Positions 34,712 through 46,803 of a stretch of 64,000 nucleotides of DNA are shown piece after piece. A program made the position numbers and the translations under genes. This DNA comes from Nemertoderma westbladi (Eukaryota > Animalia > Xenacoelomorpha), in NCBI GenBank assembly GCA_032718475.1, contig JAUCBJ010000200.1, forward strand, positions 1-64,000, given 5' to 3'. The notes under the pieces were generated by a model. It made no database searches. It saw only the letters and a list, made by a program, of their open reading frames with translations, and was not told the DNA's origin. Position 1 is the first letter of the stretch. Every line of letters begins with the position of its first letter.

Positions 34712-36369
34712 ATCTGCTATATATGAGTTTATCCATATTATAATGAGTTTATATTTAGGCGAGCGGGCGTCGCTGCCTACCCCAATCAACCCCCGGACAG
34801 TACGAGATCCTCAGCGCCGATGTGTCGTCGCCGCCGTACTTTCGCCAACGACGTAGCCGCACAACGACAACGACAACCGGCACAAGTCACTCGACTGTCC
34901 GTCCCAAAGGCTTAGATGTACTTCAGGTATTCCTTGGAGAGTTAGGTTACTTTACGATTGCGACTGGCTACTGTAAACACACCTTAGCAGTAACATTCAC
35001 CTATAAACTCACAAATACCATACACACAACTTGTCACAAATTACACACATTCGGGCCATTTGTCCGTTAGTCAATGCCTTCCAGAATGTCACTGTATTAT
35101 TATGTATCCTTGGATACTAGTAGTGTGCTATTTATTCCCTATGCTATTCAATGGGACAAGCTTTCTATTGTTCGTTTAACTCAATTCTAATTCTAGCGTG
35201 GTTGTTGCTATGGTGACATTATGCAAAGCTAGCGGTAGAATTAGGGTGATTCCAATGCATACAGATCTGGGATGTTATTTAATAGTAATTCTTTAATAGT
35301 CAATGTCCTGTTTTTATACATGACTTTATGAATTTTATCGGCTATTGACTATGTTTGGGAGACTTTCGTACACGCATACGCATAATAATATAAATCTCCG
35401 CTCCCTTGATCTATTAATTAATGGAATTTTGGGAATGTTATAAATTGCGTAAAATGGCAATTTATTAAATTCATTAAAAGACATGAATTTAAATTTATTC
35501 CCTGAAATTTTATTATTTGATAATTAAATGGGCATATTTTGATTCTAGAACATGTCTAGGGACACAAGATCCTTAATTCTATGACAATTGTCTTTTTTAA
35601 GAATATCGGTAAATGCTACGATATCTTAATTGACTAGAATTGTTGAAGGATCTGAATTTTACAGATTTTGATTTATTAGATTTGCAAATATTAAATAATT
35701 AATATTTGAGATGGGCACCGATTTATTCCAGAACTTGTCTGGGGACGTTAACCACTGATTCTAGAATTTGTCTTTCAAGTATATCGGTGGGTGCCGCGAT
35801 ATCTTAATCGACTAGAATTACAGATGGTCAAAGGGTTTAACAGATTTATTTTGCGTTATACGCTACTGTTAAAGGGACATCACGCTACTATATGTATTAT
35901 TTAATATACGGTATGAGAGCAATATCGCACGAAGCAATGTCAGTGTGAAGAGGCAAGTCGTTTCCAAGGTCTACCCAGAGCTTGGTTTAGCCGAGACACG
36001 AGGATCTGAACTTTGCATTCCTAATACTCTGCCTACCAATAATACTTAAATATAGTAGTGGCTTTATTGTACTTTAATAAGTACGGACATTTCATCTTAC
36101 TGTAGTTACGTATTTGTAATGTAATACGGACAGTAAGGAAAGAGAAAAAGAATTATTTCTTGCCGTCGCATTAAATATAATATATATGTAATTAAGTAAT
36201 AAACGCGAATATATATTGCACTAATCTACTAAATAATCGCTAAAATAACATTCTACTGAATAAAATTAAAGAAAACGATTATAATAGAATTACATAGTAA
36301 TACATACATAAATATAAAAATAATAAAATAATATAAAATAATAGAGTCACACACCCACTCCATATGTTG

Positions 36370-39300
36370 TTACGTTATGGAGTCCCTAGATGTTTGAAGG
36401 ATTAGGGAGGTGGTCGTGGGAAGAGAATCTTGCCTTCCACAGTTTCCGGGGAGTCCTCCATTCCCTTCCGATAAACACAAACGACCGACTGGGTGATTGA
36501 GTCGCTGCATCCTGAATACAATTTCAGGTTTCCTCTTCGTCCTGGAATAGTGACGATAGAAACATCGCTCAAAGTATATGACGGCGTCACGAAGCCGATT
36601 CCAGGAGCTATAGTGGTCCGTCGCTCTCTGCAGGAGAGGTGAGAGTCCCTGCGAGACGTCTGATGTTCCAGAGCTCCAATCGCTCTCTCTGATCTTCATG
36701 AAGGATCCACTCGCGGAGGGGAGGCCCAGATCCACGGCGTCGTCCCTGGCAACATGTAATACCGACAGATCTATCCCGGGTTCAAATAACTCCGATCCAC
36801 ACGTCCGGGTTTCAGGTTCGACTTTCTCCGCTCCCTTGGCTGGTATAATCTCAGTCGGAGTAAGATGGGGAGGCCATTCATTCTCCTTACTCAGGAAGTC
36901 GGGTTCACCTAATCGGTCTGTAGTATCTGTCAGTTCTTGAGGAGTTGTTCCTCTGGAAGCGATGTCCGTTGGATTAAACTTCTTGGGGCAATATCTCCAT
37001 TGATCTACATTGGAGCTAAGGTTGTCATTATCTGAGGAGTGTGGTGTTCCCTCAGTTGGGTCGTCTCCCTCACTAGTATCATCTTCCCATTCACTCACCT
37101 GGCAGACGCGATCTTGAAGCAGTCTTTCCCTGAGCGTTCTACGGGAAGGTCCAGTAAGGTACCAACCTACTCTAGTTCTTACCGCATAGGTCTGTAGGGG
37201 CTGCGGTTGAGCAGGCCGTTTCTCTAATGTCTCCAGCGCCTCATGCGCGTTTTGGCCGATGAGTATTTGCACTCCAGGGTAATCAGTCTGGAATCGAGGT
37301 ATGTTAAGATGTTGGATGCTCTCATCCTCGTCCCAATTATAAAGGTCTGCTTGAGTAGTAGCGAAGTTCTTTATAGTCACCATTTTCACTGACCTGATGC
37401 TATGTTCTCCTAGTTCGTCCTGGGGGGTGGACAACTCACATATATAATAGTCGGCAGCTACAGTAGAATTCCAAACCTGCATGATCCCTGACAGGTTTAG
37501 CTTGGTTCGGAACTTGGGTTGTCCAGCAAAGATGACTTCGGCTAGTTCCCTATCGATGAATGTTCCTGTGCTACCGGAGTCCAGGAGGGCGTTCACTATA
37601 TAGCTCTTCTGAGGTCCGTGGACTCGTAACTGGACTACAGGAAATTCTCGGATTCCTATATTGGAAGTTGGCGCTTTCCAAGATGGTTGTTGATCGGAAG
37701 TAGTTAAGGTAAGGTCGCTGTCTGTGTCTTTCTCATACACGAGTGCTCGATACACTGCGGTGGTGTTTATTAGGTAACAGGATTCGTTTTGGTCGGAGAA
37801 CTCGTCCGTATAGAATCCTTCCATCTCAGATTGATCAGTGTCGTTCACATCACTGAATTGGACATGTAACTCGGAATCACTTACCTGACTCGGGCTGTTT
37901 CGTTCGAATTCCGTGTGCAACAAGATATGATGATTTGCGCCGCACTTTGCACACCTTGCGTCGGAGTTACAGGTTCGCCGTTGGTGTCCTCGTCTGAGGC
38001 AATTATAACACAACCGCTTATCCCACATGACTTCACGTCTATCCTCGAGTGATTTCCTCAGGAATTTATCACACGCATTTAAACGGTGGGGCCCGTCGCA
38101 CAGCACACATTTCGGCTTGATGTTACTTACTTTAACCTGTGCTATGTGGTGCACACTTGTTCTTTCCTCGGGCTTTCTCACCTGAATTCCTTTAGGAGAC
38201 GTAGGAGGGGTTTTTTGTACCGGTTCCCTTCTGTCATTGGGTCGAGACTTGGATTTACTTACCTGTTCTTTAGGCATTTTATTGACATAATAAGGCCGGT
38301 CAGTGTCTTTCCCGCTGTCCTCTCCTTGAGAGGTTTGGCTTTCACCGTCGTCGGTATAACATACTGGTGTTACCCTTCTCCTAGAAACGGGTTTCTCACT
38401 TACCTTGTTTTCCAATGTCTTCTCTCTGGACTGCCTTAGGAGCTGTAATTTCACTTCTCTATCTAAGAATGACATGAGATCAGTCATGGTAGGGTCTCGT
38501 CGTTGTTGTTCCATCATATATAACACCTTCTTATCCCAGCGTGTACCTACTCCACCCTTGGGCAAAGCAGATGCTAAGGCTCTTACAACCATAGAATTCT
38601 GGTATTCATGAGACTTACCTAGCCAATCTAATTGTCTACAGATCTCCTGAATCTCATCGGAAAACTCTATAATCCCGCTGCTAAGAAACTTTCGGGGCGC
38701 CATTAATTTTGCATACAAATACCCAGCTATGTCATTCCTATTACCATACCTGATGTTTAGTGTATCCCAAACTTGTCTTAATCCATTTGGATGTCCAATA
38801 AATTTTAACGCCATTGACTTGGGAGGTCCTTCCAAACATTCGATGAGGAATCTAAGTTTCTCTCCGTTAGATAGTACAGAGTTCTGTATGTTATCTTTGT
38901 AATATTCATTAAAAGGTAACCATTTCATCTCATCTCCATTGAACTTGACAATCTCTCCCACCTTCACCGCTTGCCGGGCTTCGGTTCTAGCCATTTGACG
39001 CGTAAAACTTTCTTGGGCCATCGTGTTATTTAATATCGAGTTATCGGTATATAAATTTCTCGGATTATGATCAGGTCTATAGGGAATGTCATTATCAACA
39101 GGTCTATAATTACCCTTAATAGGGTTCACTATAGGAGTTTCTACTTCGCTAGCAGTATAGATGCGTGTAGGCTCCACACCTTGCGCATGAGATACTTCAG
39201 ACCTAACAGGTTGACACATTATTACAGGGGGTGGTGGTATACCCTTTTGTAAATTTACTAATTTATCGCGTTCTAGCGCGATATTTTGCTGCACTTCTTG

Positions 39301-40596
39301 CAACTCTAGCCTACTTTCCCTTACTGTGCCCTTTAACTGTTGAACAGTCCCTTCTAACTCTCGGACCTGTTGAGAGGAGCGTGCTTGATTCTCCTCCATC
39401 TTTCCGAGGAGAATGTCCATCCCCCGCCGTCTCTCGTCCACCCAATCAACCGCCGAAACGGGATCCGCCAACGTCGTAGCGGGCAGACGAGGGACAACGG
39501 GCGACAAATCAGTAATATTTCGCTCGGGGTCCAGGACCTGAACTGTCTCCTGGGCAGTTCTACTGGGCACAGGTAGCTTAGTGCTATGCAGAGGGAATTT
39601 AGAGGTAGCTTCAGGGAGCACAGGTGTGTCTATCACCGAAGGGGTGATTTCAAAAACAGGCCTAATTATTTCAGGCTCATCTACTATAGTAGGGAGTCTT
39701 TCTATTTTAATTATTTGGTCTGTGGGTTCTGTGCTGCCTAAGTTGGTGTTATTTAGTTGCCTTCTAACAGCTGGAGGCAAATCAGGCAATTTATGACGGT
39801 GGAATGTTCTTTTACGTCTACTTAGACGAGATCTATTTCTCTTACCTTCAGTATCGGTGGTATCGCCTTCTTCAGATGATGTATATCCCTGTCTTTTGGG
39901 AGTAGATCTATTCATCATCTGCATATTACTAGCTGTTAACTGTTTACTGAAGTCGTCTTGCTTCTCTTGAAGATTTTCCAACTCCAGTTGGGCGATCTCT
40001 TCAGCCGCTCTCCGTTCTGCTTCCGCCACCGCTGCCGCTTTTGCCTCTGCCGCTGCCGCTTTTGCCTCTGCCTTTGCTTCTGCTGCTGCCGCTGTTGCCT
40101 TTGCCTCTGCTTCTGCTGCTGCCGCTTTTGCCTTTGCCTCTGCTTCTGCTGCTGCCGCTTTTGCCTTTGCCTCTGCTTCTGCTGCTGCCGCTTTTGCCTT
40201 TGCCTCTGCTTCTGCTGCTGCCGCTTTTGCCTCTGCCGCTGCTTCTGCCAAGGTCGCTTTTCTTTCTGCCTCTGCCACTGCTGCTATCTTTCTGTCTTCT
40301 ATACGTTTTTTCCTTACTTGTTCTTCTTGTTCTCTAGCGATGCGGAGTTGTTCATCGAATTTAGCCTGATTCGCAGCCCTCATTTCCACATCGATGGCAT
40401 CCAACACAAGCTTGGTTCCTTCACTATTAGGGCTAAGTCCCTCTAACCTTCTCCTCAACTCGTCATCACCTAAAAAACGCTGATAGTCTGATAGATAGAT
40501 GTCAATGGCATCTCTCTTATGTGGTTTCTCTGCTGTCACTTCGCTCTCGGTTGTATCTAGTAGACTGTCTGACAGGTTCTGCTTTGCGTCAGACAT
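36370..40596 (-). CDS. gag-pro: Intact Gag-protease polyprotein (1408 aa) with RNase H C-terminal remnant; no RT or IN
   Basis: Same motifs as copy 1 in one open frame; AEAKA-type helical repeat; LLDSGS; WRYCPKKFNPTDIASRG..PDFL..WP..SSWNRL. Confidence 0.9.
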   Translation of the reverse strand: MSDAKQNLSDSLLDTTESEVTAEKPHKRDAIDIYLSDYQRFLGDDELRRRLEGLSPNSEGTKLVLDAIDVEMRAANQAKFDEQLRIAREQEEQVRKKRIEDRKIAAVAEAERKATLAEAAAEAKAAAAEAEAKAKAAAAEAEAKAKAAAAEAEAKAKAAAAEAEAKATAAAAEAKAEAKAAAAEAKAAAVAEAERRAAEEIAQLELENLQEKQDDFSKQLTASNMQMMNRSTPKRQGYTSSEEGDTTDTEGKRNRSRLSRRKRTFHRHKLPDLPPAVRRQLNNTNLGSTEPTDQIIKIERLPTIVDEPEIIRPVFEITPSVIDTPVLPEATSKFPLHSTKLPVPSRTAQETVQVLDPERNITDLSPVVPRLPATTLADPVSAVDWVDERRRGMDILLGKMEENQARSSQQVRELEGTVQQLKGTVRESRLELQEVQQNIALERDKLVNLQKGIPPPPVIMCQPVRSEVSHAQGVEPTRIYTASEVETPIVNPIKGNYRPVDNDIPYRPDHNPRNLYTDNSILNNTMAQESFTRQMARTEARQAVKVGEIVKFNGDEMKWLPFNEYYKDNIQNSVLSNGEKLRFLIECLEGPPKSMALKFIGHPNGLRQVWDTLNIRYGNRNDIAGYLYAKLMAPRKFLSSGIIEFSDEIQEICRQLDWLGKSHEYQNSMVVRALASALPKGGVGTRWDKKVLYMMEQQRRDPTMTDLMSFLDREVKLQLLRQSREKTLENKVSEKPVSRRRVTPVCYTDDGESQTSQGEDSGKDTDRPYYVNKMPKEQVSKSKSRPNDRREPVQKTPPTSPKGIQVRKPEERTSVHHIAQVKVSNIKPKCVLCDGPHRLNACDKFLRKSLEDRREVMWDKRLCYNCLRRGHQRRTCNSDARCAKCGANHHILLHTEFERNSPSQVSDSELHVQFSDVNDTDQSEMEGFYTDEFSDQNESCYLINTTAVYRALVYEKDTDSDLTLTTSDQQPSWKAPTSNIGIREFPVVQLRVHGPQKSYIVNALLDSGSTGTFIDRELAEVIFAGQPKFRTKLNLSGIMQVWNSTVAADYYICELSTPQDELGEHSIRSVKMVTIKNFATTQADLYNWDEDESIQHLNIPRFQTDYPGVQILIGQNAHEALETLEKRPAQPQPLQTYAVRTRVGWYLTGPSRRTLRERLLQDRVCQVSEWEDDTSEGDDPTEGTPHSSDNDNLSSNVDQWRYCPKKFNPTDIASRGTTPQELTDTTDRLGEPDFLSKENEWPPHLTPTEIIPAKGAEKVEPETRTCGSELFEPGIDLSVLHVARDDAVDLGLPSASGSFMKIRESDWSSGTSDVSQGLSPLLQRATDHYSSWNRLRDAVIYFERCFYRHYSRTKRKPEIVFRMQRLNHPVGRLCLSEGNGGLPGNCGRQDSLPTTTSLILQTSRDSIT

Positions 40597-41525
40597 GCTT
40601 ATGTGTACAGTTGAATGTCTACTGCTGTATTACAGTCTGAGCAAGTCTAGTAACTCAGTATTAACTGATAGCCTAGTAATTAATTACCGGTACTGCTACT
40701 CAGTGTAGCGTGATATATAATATATTAGAATACCGGTATGCTTATAGTATATATAAGTATTATTACAGACTAGGTTTATCTCAGAATACCGGTATAATTT
40801 TAGCACAAATATATATAAATATATAACAGGCCTATCGGAATACCGGTATACAGCTCACAGTTTGTAGCATATATAATTCTGGACTAGAATTAATTACAAG
40901 TACCGGTATAATTTCAGCCTAAATTTATAGAAATAAAGATAATAGGCCTATCGTAAATACCGGTATGCAGTTTACACTTATAGTGTATATATATAAGTAT
41001 AATTACAAACTAGAATTAATTACAGAATACCGGTATGATTTCAACCTAAAATTTATAGAAATAAATATAATAAGCCTACTGTAAATACCGGTATATCAAT
41101 TATTTTAAATAACTGAATTTCTGAATTTCAAGGGTTACTTGTTACTTTACTTACTTTATTACCGTTATTTGAACAGTAGTCCAACTGATATTGAGACCTA
41201 ATGGTTTTATGGTAGGCCTACTATTTATAAATCGTTAGATTTGATTTATAATATATATATACCCGTTTTAATGGGCTTTGTCAATATTTGAAATAAATGT
41301 TATTATTTCTGGGGAGTAATCACTACACAAAGCGGTACGCTTTCAGTGAAGTGTTACTTATAGGACACTAAAACAAATAATTCTAATTTATATATATTTC
41401 AATACACCCCGGGCGGGGTAAATATGCGGTAAAATTAATTATAAAAACACACAGTAAAAGGTCGTTCACTTGTAAAATAAATATTAAGTATAAAATATTA
41501 TTATTATTATTTAACTGGAAGATGA

Positions 41526-44366
41526 CTATGAAGCAGCCAGTTGTGACAGCGGTGGGCACATCGCACAGACGAGCACGTGGTAACGGTCATCGCAGGGCTC
41601 GCCGCAGTATGTACAGCAGCAGGTGGATGTGAGTTCGTGGAACGGTGTAGCGGTTGAGCAGACACGGAAGTGAAACCCGTGGGCGGTTGCCCTCGTAACT
41701 ACGTGTCGATTACGTTGTCCGGCGCGTTTCCAGATTTCGCATTGGAAACCCGGACCACGCTGGTAACCTTCGTCGTGGAAGTTTAGCTCGCGTTCACGGC
41801 GGTAACTGCGGTAATTCGAAACGATATTGGTGTCGAATATATTGGGGCTGGAGGTGAGTATGGACTCAACGAATGATTTTTCTTGAGTTAAATGCAGCAC
41901 TAGAGTGGAAGAGGTTGATGAGTGTAGAGAGAGCATTCGCTTTAAATATTTGTTTTTAATTTTATCGATTTCTTTAAGATTAGCGAGAGTGAAAAATCGT
42001 CCGATTTCTTTAAATGAATAAGTAACCAATGGGGCAATTTTCATATTGAATATTGATATACCTGTAGATATTGATAGTAGATGGAGATGGTTTAGTGAAC
42101 CAGTTACTATGGAGGCGCTTTCTTTTTTCTGCTGGATGTGTCGTGTGAAGGAGAGCGAAGACTGTAGGACGACCCCGAGGTATTCGTAGCTGCTCGCGAT
42201 AACAACTGGGTTGGCCCCGTAAGTGAAGTTGTCGTTGACAGCGAGGCGGCCTCCTTTACGGAATTTAATTACTTTGGTCTTAACCAAGTTAACTTCCATT
42301 CCGTTGGAGAGGCACCATCCATGGAGCGCAGTTAAACATGCCTGTATATCCTCCTTATTGTTCGAGTAGATAACGAGATCGTCGGCATAGAACAGGAATT
42401 TAATAATGGCAATGCCTGCTGAACGGATAACGGCTGCGAGGTCAGCAATAAATATAATGAACAATGTTGGAGAAAGGCAGTCTCCTTGAAGAATGCCACG
42501 CAACTGTTGGATAATATTCGAGAAGCGAATTCCATCGAAAACTCTAAAACTGTTGTCGAGTAGCTCCTTTATTAGATCGTAAACCTTCCCTTTGATACCT
42601 GCGTTGTAGATTTTGTAAAGTAGTTTAGTGCGGGGGACCATGTCGAACGCCTTACGGAAATCTATGAAAGCCGCGTATATTATACGTTGCTGCCGTGAAG
42701 GGGAATGGAAACCGGCGGATATGTCATCGATGAGTTGGGAAATGGCTTGTTTGGTTGACTTACCCGGAAGGAAACCGTACTGTTCTGGAGGAAGATAATG
42801 AGAGATGAATTGCCTAACCCGATTATTTATTAGCGAGGTTAGGATCTTGAGGGTCACACAGATCAGGGCGATACCGCGATAGTTATCCGGATTTGTGACG
42901 TCACCTTTGCCTTTATATATAATATTGATTACGCTGGTTTTCCAGATCGAAGGGAGTTTCGCTGTATTGAGGCACACATTATAGAGTAGAGTTATTAATA
43001 TAACCAAGAAAGGGGCTGCCTGTTTAAGGTGCTCATAAAATATTTTATCCGGGCCACTTGCTTTGTTGTTTGCCGAAGCATTAATGGTTGTGAGAACTTC
43101 GGTGTTGGAGAATGTCTCGTTGTACCATTCGGGGGTGCTACGCTCGTGTTCCGTGGTGACTGGGATTGGTTCACAGTTAGGAGGATCCACCCGGGTTCCA
43201 AGTAAATTCCGAAAGTGGGACTCAAGGCGGGAAGCATCTATAGGGGCAACATTAGGCTTGTAGTCTCTGAATAAAAGCCAGGGTTTAATTTCCACTTTTC
43301 CTATAAGTTTCCTAAGTGAGTTTTCTTCGTAGGCCAAGCGCTTTAACTTTATAAGCTTTTTGTATTGTTTGCGTTGTTCCCAGAAAGCGAGTTTATCGGA
43401 GTTAGAGTCGTTCCTCTTCTTCATTGACTCAACTAAGGTTCCCTTTAGTCGCTGACAGTCAGAATCGAACCAAGGTTTACCATGGGCTCGGCGGAGGGGG
43501 ATTGTTTCGGTCGATTCGAGTATTGCATCATTTACTAACTGTATAGCAGAGTCTATGTCTGAGTTCCCGGAGAGTTCCTCCTCTAGAGACTGTACATCGA
43601 GGCATCCACGTAGATGACTGATATCCAACTTCCTGCTAACCCGAATAGGTTTGCAGCTGATGTCGGGGTTGACCGCCGGAATGGTAATCAATGCTGTTAC
43701 ACGCTGGTGTTTACGAATCGGATTGATAGAGACCGTTGTTGTCTGGAGATCGACTGGGAATGACCCCGGGTACTTTATAAATAGAAGATCAATAAGACTT
43801 TCGCCTTGTGGTGAAATGTAGGTAGGTTCAGTTGGGTTGTTGATACATATAAATCCTAGATTATTAAAGTAGCTGCATAGTTTTGTCCCTCGAATACCAC
43901 TGTCAAGTCTACAGTTAAAGTCCCCGCCAATGATAATGGGTATATCTGGGTGAGTGTAGGATAGTGCGTTAGTTACTGATAATGTTATGTCTTCAATTGC
44001 GTAATCCGGGTTGAAGTAGAAGACAATGAAATGTGCTGCTATAGTTTTAATAGCAATAAACGATTCATCTCTGGCGACTATTGCTGGGTTTAAATTGGGT
44101 CTACATAGTATCAGTAGGCCCCCATAGGGGCGGCCTCTAGTGGGCTTCACTGCAGGGCTCGTGAAAGGATAGTATTCAGTTGTATTAAAGGTAGTGGAGG
44201 TATGGAATGTCTCCGTGAAGAGAAGAACATCCGAGTGAGAGTAAAGTTCATTATCTGGGAGGTGGTCCGTGAGGTATTTAATACCTTCCACATTCCATAG
44301 TGATACAGTGAGGGGGTGCGGGTTGTCTGCGCGCGCGTAAGTGTGGAGTTGGCAGAATGGTGGTTG
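41526..44366 (-). CDS. LINE ORF2: AP endonuclease + reverse transcriptase + C-terminal CCHC
   Basis: WNVEG, FTET, GGDFN, IDL, NYRGIAL, QYGF, FIDFRKAFD, GILQGDCLSP, FYADD, YEYLG, CTYCG..HVLVC; the frame is open from the ORF1 stop. Confidence 0.92.
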   Translation of the reverse strand, partial: QPPFCQLHTYARADNPHPLTVSLWNVEGIKYLTDHLPDNELYSHSDVLLFTETFHTSTTFNTTEYYPFTSPAVKPTRGRPYGGLLILCRPNLNPAIVARDESFIAIKTIAAHFIVFYFNPDYAIEDITLSVTNALSYTHPDIPIIIGGDFNCRLDSGIRGTKLCSYFNNLGFICINNPTEPTYISPQGESLIDLLFIKYPGSFPVDLQTTTVSINPIRKHQRVTALITIPAVNPDISCKPIRVSRKLDISHLRGCLDVQSLEEELSGNSDIDSAIQLVNDAILESTETIPLRRAHGKPWFDSDCQRLKGTLVESMKKRNDSNSDKLAFWEQRKQYKKLIKLKRLAYEENSLRKLIGKVEIKPWLLFRDYKPNVAPIDASRLESHFRNLLGTRVDPPNCEPIPVTTEHERSTPEWYNETFSNTEVLTTINASANNKASGPDKIFYEHLKQAAPFLVILITLLYNVCLNTAKLPSIWKTSVINIIYKGKGDVTNPDNYRGIALICVTLKILTSLINNRVRQFISHYLPPEQYGFLPGKSTKQAISQLIDDISAGFHSPSRQQRIIYAAFIDFRKAFDMVPRTKLLYKIYNAGIKGKVYDLIKELLDNSFRVFDGIRFSNIIQQLRGILQGDCLSPTLFIIFIADLAAVIRSAGIAIIKFLFYADDLVIYSNNKEDIQACLTALHGWCLSNGMEVNLVKTKVIKFRKGGRLAVNDNFTYGANPVVIASSYEYLGVVLQSSLSFTRHIQQKKESASIVTGSLNHLHLLSISTGISIFNMKIAPLVTYSFKEIGRFFTLANLKEIDKIKNKYLKRMLSLHSSTSSTLVLHLTQEKSFVESILTSSPNIFDTNIVSNYRSYRRERELNFHDEGYQRGPGFQCEIWKRAGQRNRHVVTRATAHGFHFRVCSTATPFHELTSTCCCTYCGEPCDDRYHVLVCAMCPPLSQLAAS

Positions 44367-45128
44367 TCAGTTTGAACTCGACTCCGGCCGGTTCAGCCAG
44401 GGTCGGCGAGGTTTAAGTCCAAAAGTTTCCCGTTCAGCGTTGGTTAAACGGTAATTTCTTATTGTTATACCCTCCGTCCAGAGAGATGGGTCCATTAGTT
44501 TGTCGCGGTCGTCTTGGTCGGCGATAAGATGGAAGCTGTTATATATGGAGTCGGGGTGAGGTTGTATGGCGATTACCTCCTCGAAGGGGATAGCCTCCGC
44601 TTTAAGGTAGTCGCCAATATCTTTGCTGGTTACCTCCGGGTCGAGACGCCCAATGTGAATGTGGGCTTTGCGGGGGCCCGGCGCGTTGCGCTGTGGTTGT
44701 GTAGGGGGGACTGCGCGAAGTATTCCTCCCTGTCTGTTGCCGCGAATAGTTGGTGGCCTTGCCGCTCCGTTGGGCCTACCCGCGGCAGGTGGGGAAGTGC
44801 TCTGGGTGGTCGGAGTGTTGGTAGAGTGCGATGAGAGGAGCGTTGGTCCGGCACCATTGGCGGGGTTGGTGCGCAGGGCATCAGAATATCGGGGAGATGG
44901 CTGGACGGCCGTATTTTTACATTCAATGAGAGCGTTCTTTGAGGTTATAGATTCCGCGCGGGCATCCGCAAGTTTACCAACTACAATGGTATACATTGAA
45001 GTCATCCTTGTGAGTCCGTCGATTAGCTGACGTTCCACGCCGTTGTTCACATTTTTCTTTTCTTTAATTAGTTTTACTAGAGAGATAACCTCATTCTGAA
45101 TTTTTATGTATTCCTCGGCATCAGCCAT
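44367..45128 (-). CDS. LINE ORF1 (coiled-coil plus RRM-like C-terminal domain)
   Basis: ATG at 45128 (MADAEEY); IHIGRLDPEVTSKDI..SFHL..LMDPSLWTEGITIRNY is typical of LINE ORF1 RRM-like domains. Confidence 0.8.
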   Translation of the reverse strand: MADAEEYIKIQNEVISLVKLIKEKKNVNNGVERQLIDGLTRMTSMYTIVVGKLADARAESITSKNALIECKNTAVQPSPRYSDALRTNPANGAGPTLLSSHSTNTPTTQSTSPPAAGRPNGAARPPTIRGNRQGGILRAVPPTQPQRNAPGPRKAHIHIGRLDPEVTSKDIGDYLKAEAIPFEEVIAIQPHPDSIYNSFHLIADQDDRDKLMDPSLWTEGITIRNYRLTNAERETFGLKPRRPWLNRPESSSN

Positions 45129-46787
45129 GGGACCATTCACCACAGTGGATTAATAAATTATATTAAAATCATAAAGTCTGCAGTCATAGACCGGGTACAG
45201 CAGTATTATTCAGTATTTTGGTCAGAAGTACTATTTAACAATTTTTAACTCAATAATATATATATAACTCAATAATTCTAATTTACCTAAGTTACTTAAT
45301 ACTACAAATTACGTACAATTCGGGTGAGATTACAATCTCTAAATAAACACAAAAATTTACAAAAACACAAATACGAAATTTTAGGGTAATTTTACAAGAA
45401 GTCTACAAACCAGCCTAACAAAGGGTTAGATAACCGGTTATTACAACGGACAGAGTACTACGGTATTTGAAATAATAAGTAGTAGTAAATACACTGCGTT
45501 GTCTAGATAGGAAAATACCACCGCCTGACGACCTATAGCCGTATCGCTATAGGTTCTACGTTATGTATCACGGAGTGTTCCTACCTAGAAGTTAATAGAG
45601 CTAATCGAATGTGCCTATCATCAACCACTTTACAACACAAATATAATGTCTACAATAATTACTTCGGAAAGTACTGTACACTAAACCCTAAATTAGGTAC
45701 GAGTACTTATATAACAGACAATCAGTAGTTAAATATACTTGAACAGCTAAAAGAACCACGGCATCTGCTGGAGTGACCGATGCACAAAATCACCAGTCTT
45801 TACCTACGCCGAGCAGCCCGTGTAGTACCGGGGTTAATTTAACTATAGCGGTATGTATAACAAACACAATTACTGTAGGAACAAACTTGGGGAATGAATG
45901 TTGCGGATAATCGCATAAACTCTGAATAATAAATATTACGCTACGCGTACAAACTACTCAAACAAAATACAGACCGAACACTGACAGACTACTATCAAGC
46001 CTAAACAAACTACGGTATATGCAGACTCCGAAATGATTAGGGAGTATGCGCTCTAACCCAGTAGTGCGACTTATTCTTTAGTTGGGGGATTACCTTACAG
46101 CGTTCGCTGCCCCTACTGCCTAATCGTACTTAATCGGACAGATGATCTACACACGCGGCAATCCGTTCAGACCTAATAACAGCCAGACAACTATCCAGCC
46201 TACAAATTATCTAAATAAAATTATACGCTACCCGTACAGACTTACACAAACAAAGTACAGACTAAACGATGGCAGACCACTCTCAAGCCTAAATAAACCA
46301 CAGGACATATGCAGACTCCGAAATGATTAGGGAGTATGCGCTCTAACCCAGTAGTGCGACTTATTCTTTAGTTGGGGGATTACCTTACAGCGTTCGCTGC
46401 CCCTACTGCCTAATCGTACTTAATCGGACAGGTGATCTACACACACTGCAATTCGTTCGGACTTAACAGCAATCAGACAACCGCTCAGCCTACAAATCGT
46501 CTGTACTATCTGATCAGGCTTACACGCCTTCTGTTCAATACTGGCCTACAAATAAATAAAACTTGACAGAAATAAGTAAACCATATAAAGGTATAAGGGG
46601 TGATCAATCCCTAATCCCTTAAACAGCCTACCGGTATGCAATAATCAAATCGAATAATACTAGTGTAGTAGTGTACTTATACTGAAGTACCGGTTAGAAC
46701 AGTTAGGCCTACTGACCTACAGAGTGTACCGGTTCAGGTTTACCGGTTGACCGGTACTCTCAACTTTATTGCTTACTGCAACAAAGA

Positions 46788-46803
46788 GGCATATATCCTT
46801 TAA
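46788..46803 (-). promoter_or_regulatory. Non-tRNA primer-binding site of copy 2, complementary to LTR positions 47570-47585
   Basis: Minus-strand TTAAAGGATATATGCC abuts the 5' LTR; 16-nt perfect complement GGCATATATCCTTTAA lies inside the LTR. Confidence 0.78.

Larger units (their letters stand above)
41391..45270 (-). mobile_element. Full-length APE-type LINE nested in the leader of LTR copy 2
   Basis: 15-bp TSD AATAATTCTAATTTA (41376-41390, 45271-45285); empty site visible in copy 1 near 21519-21533; short (TA)n tail; two intact ORFs. Confidence 0.93.
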
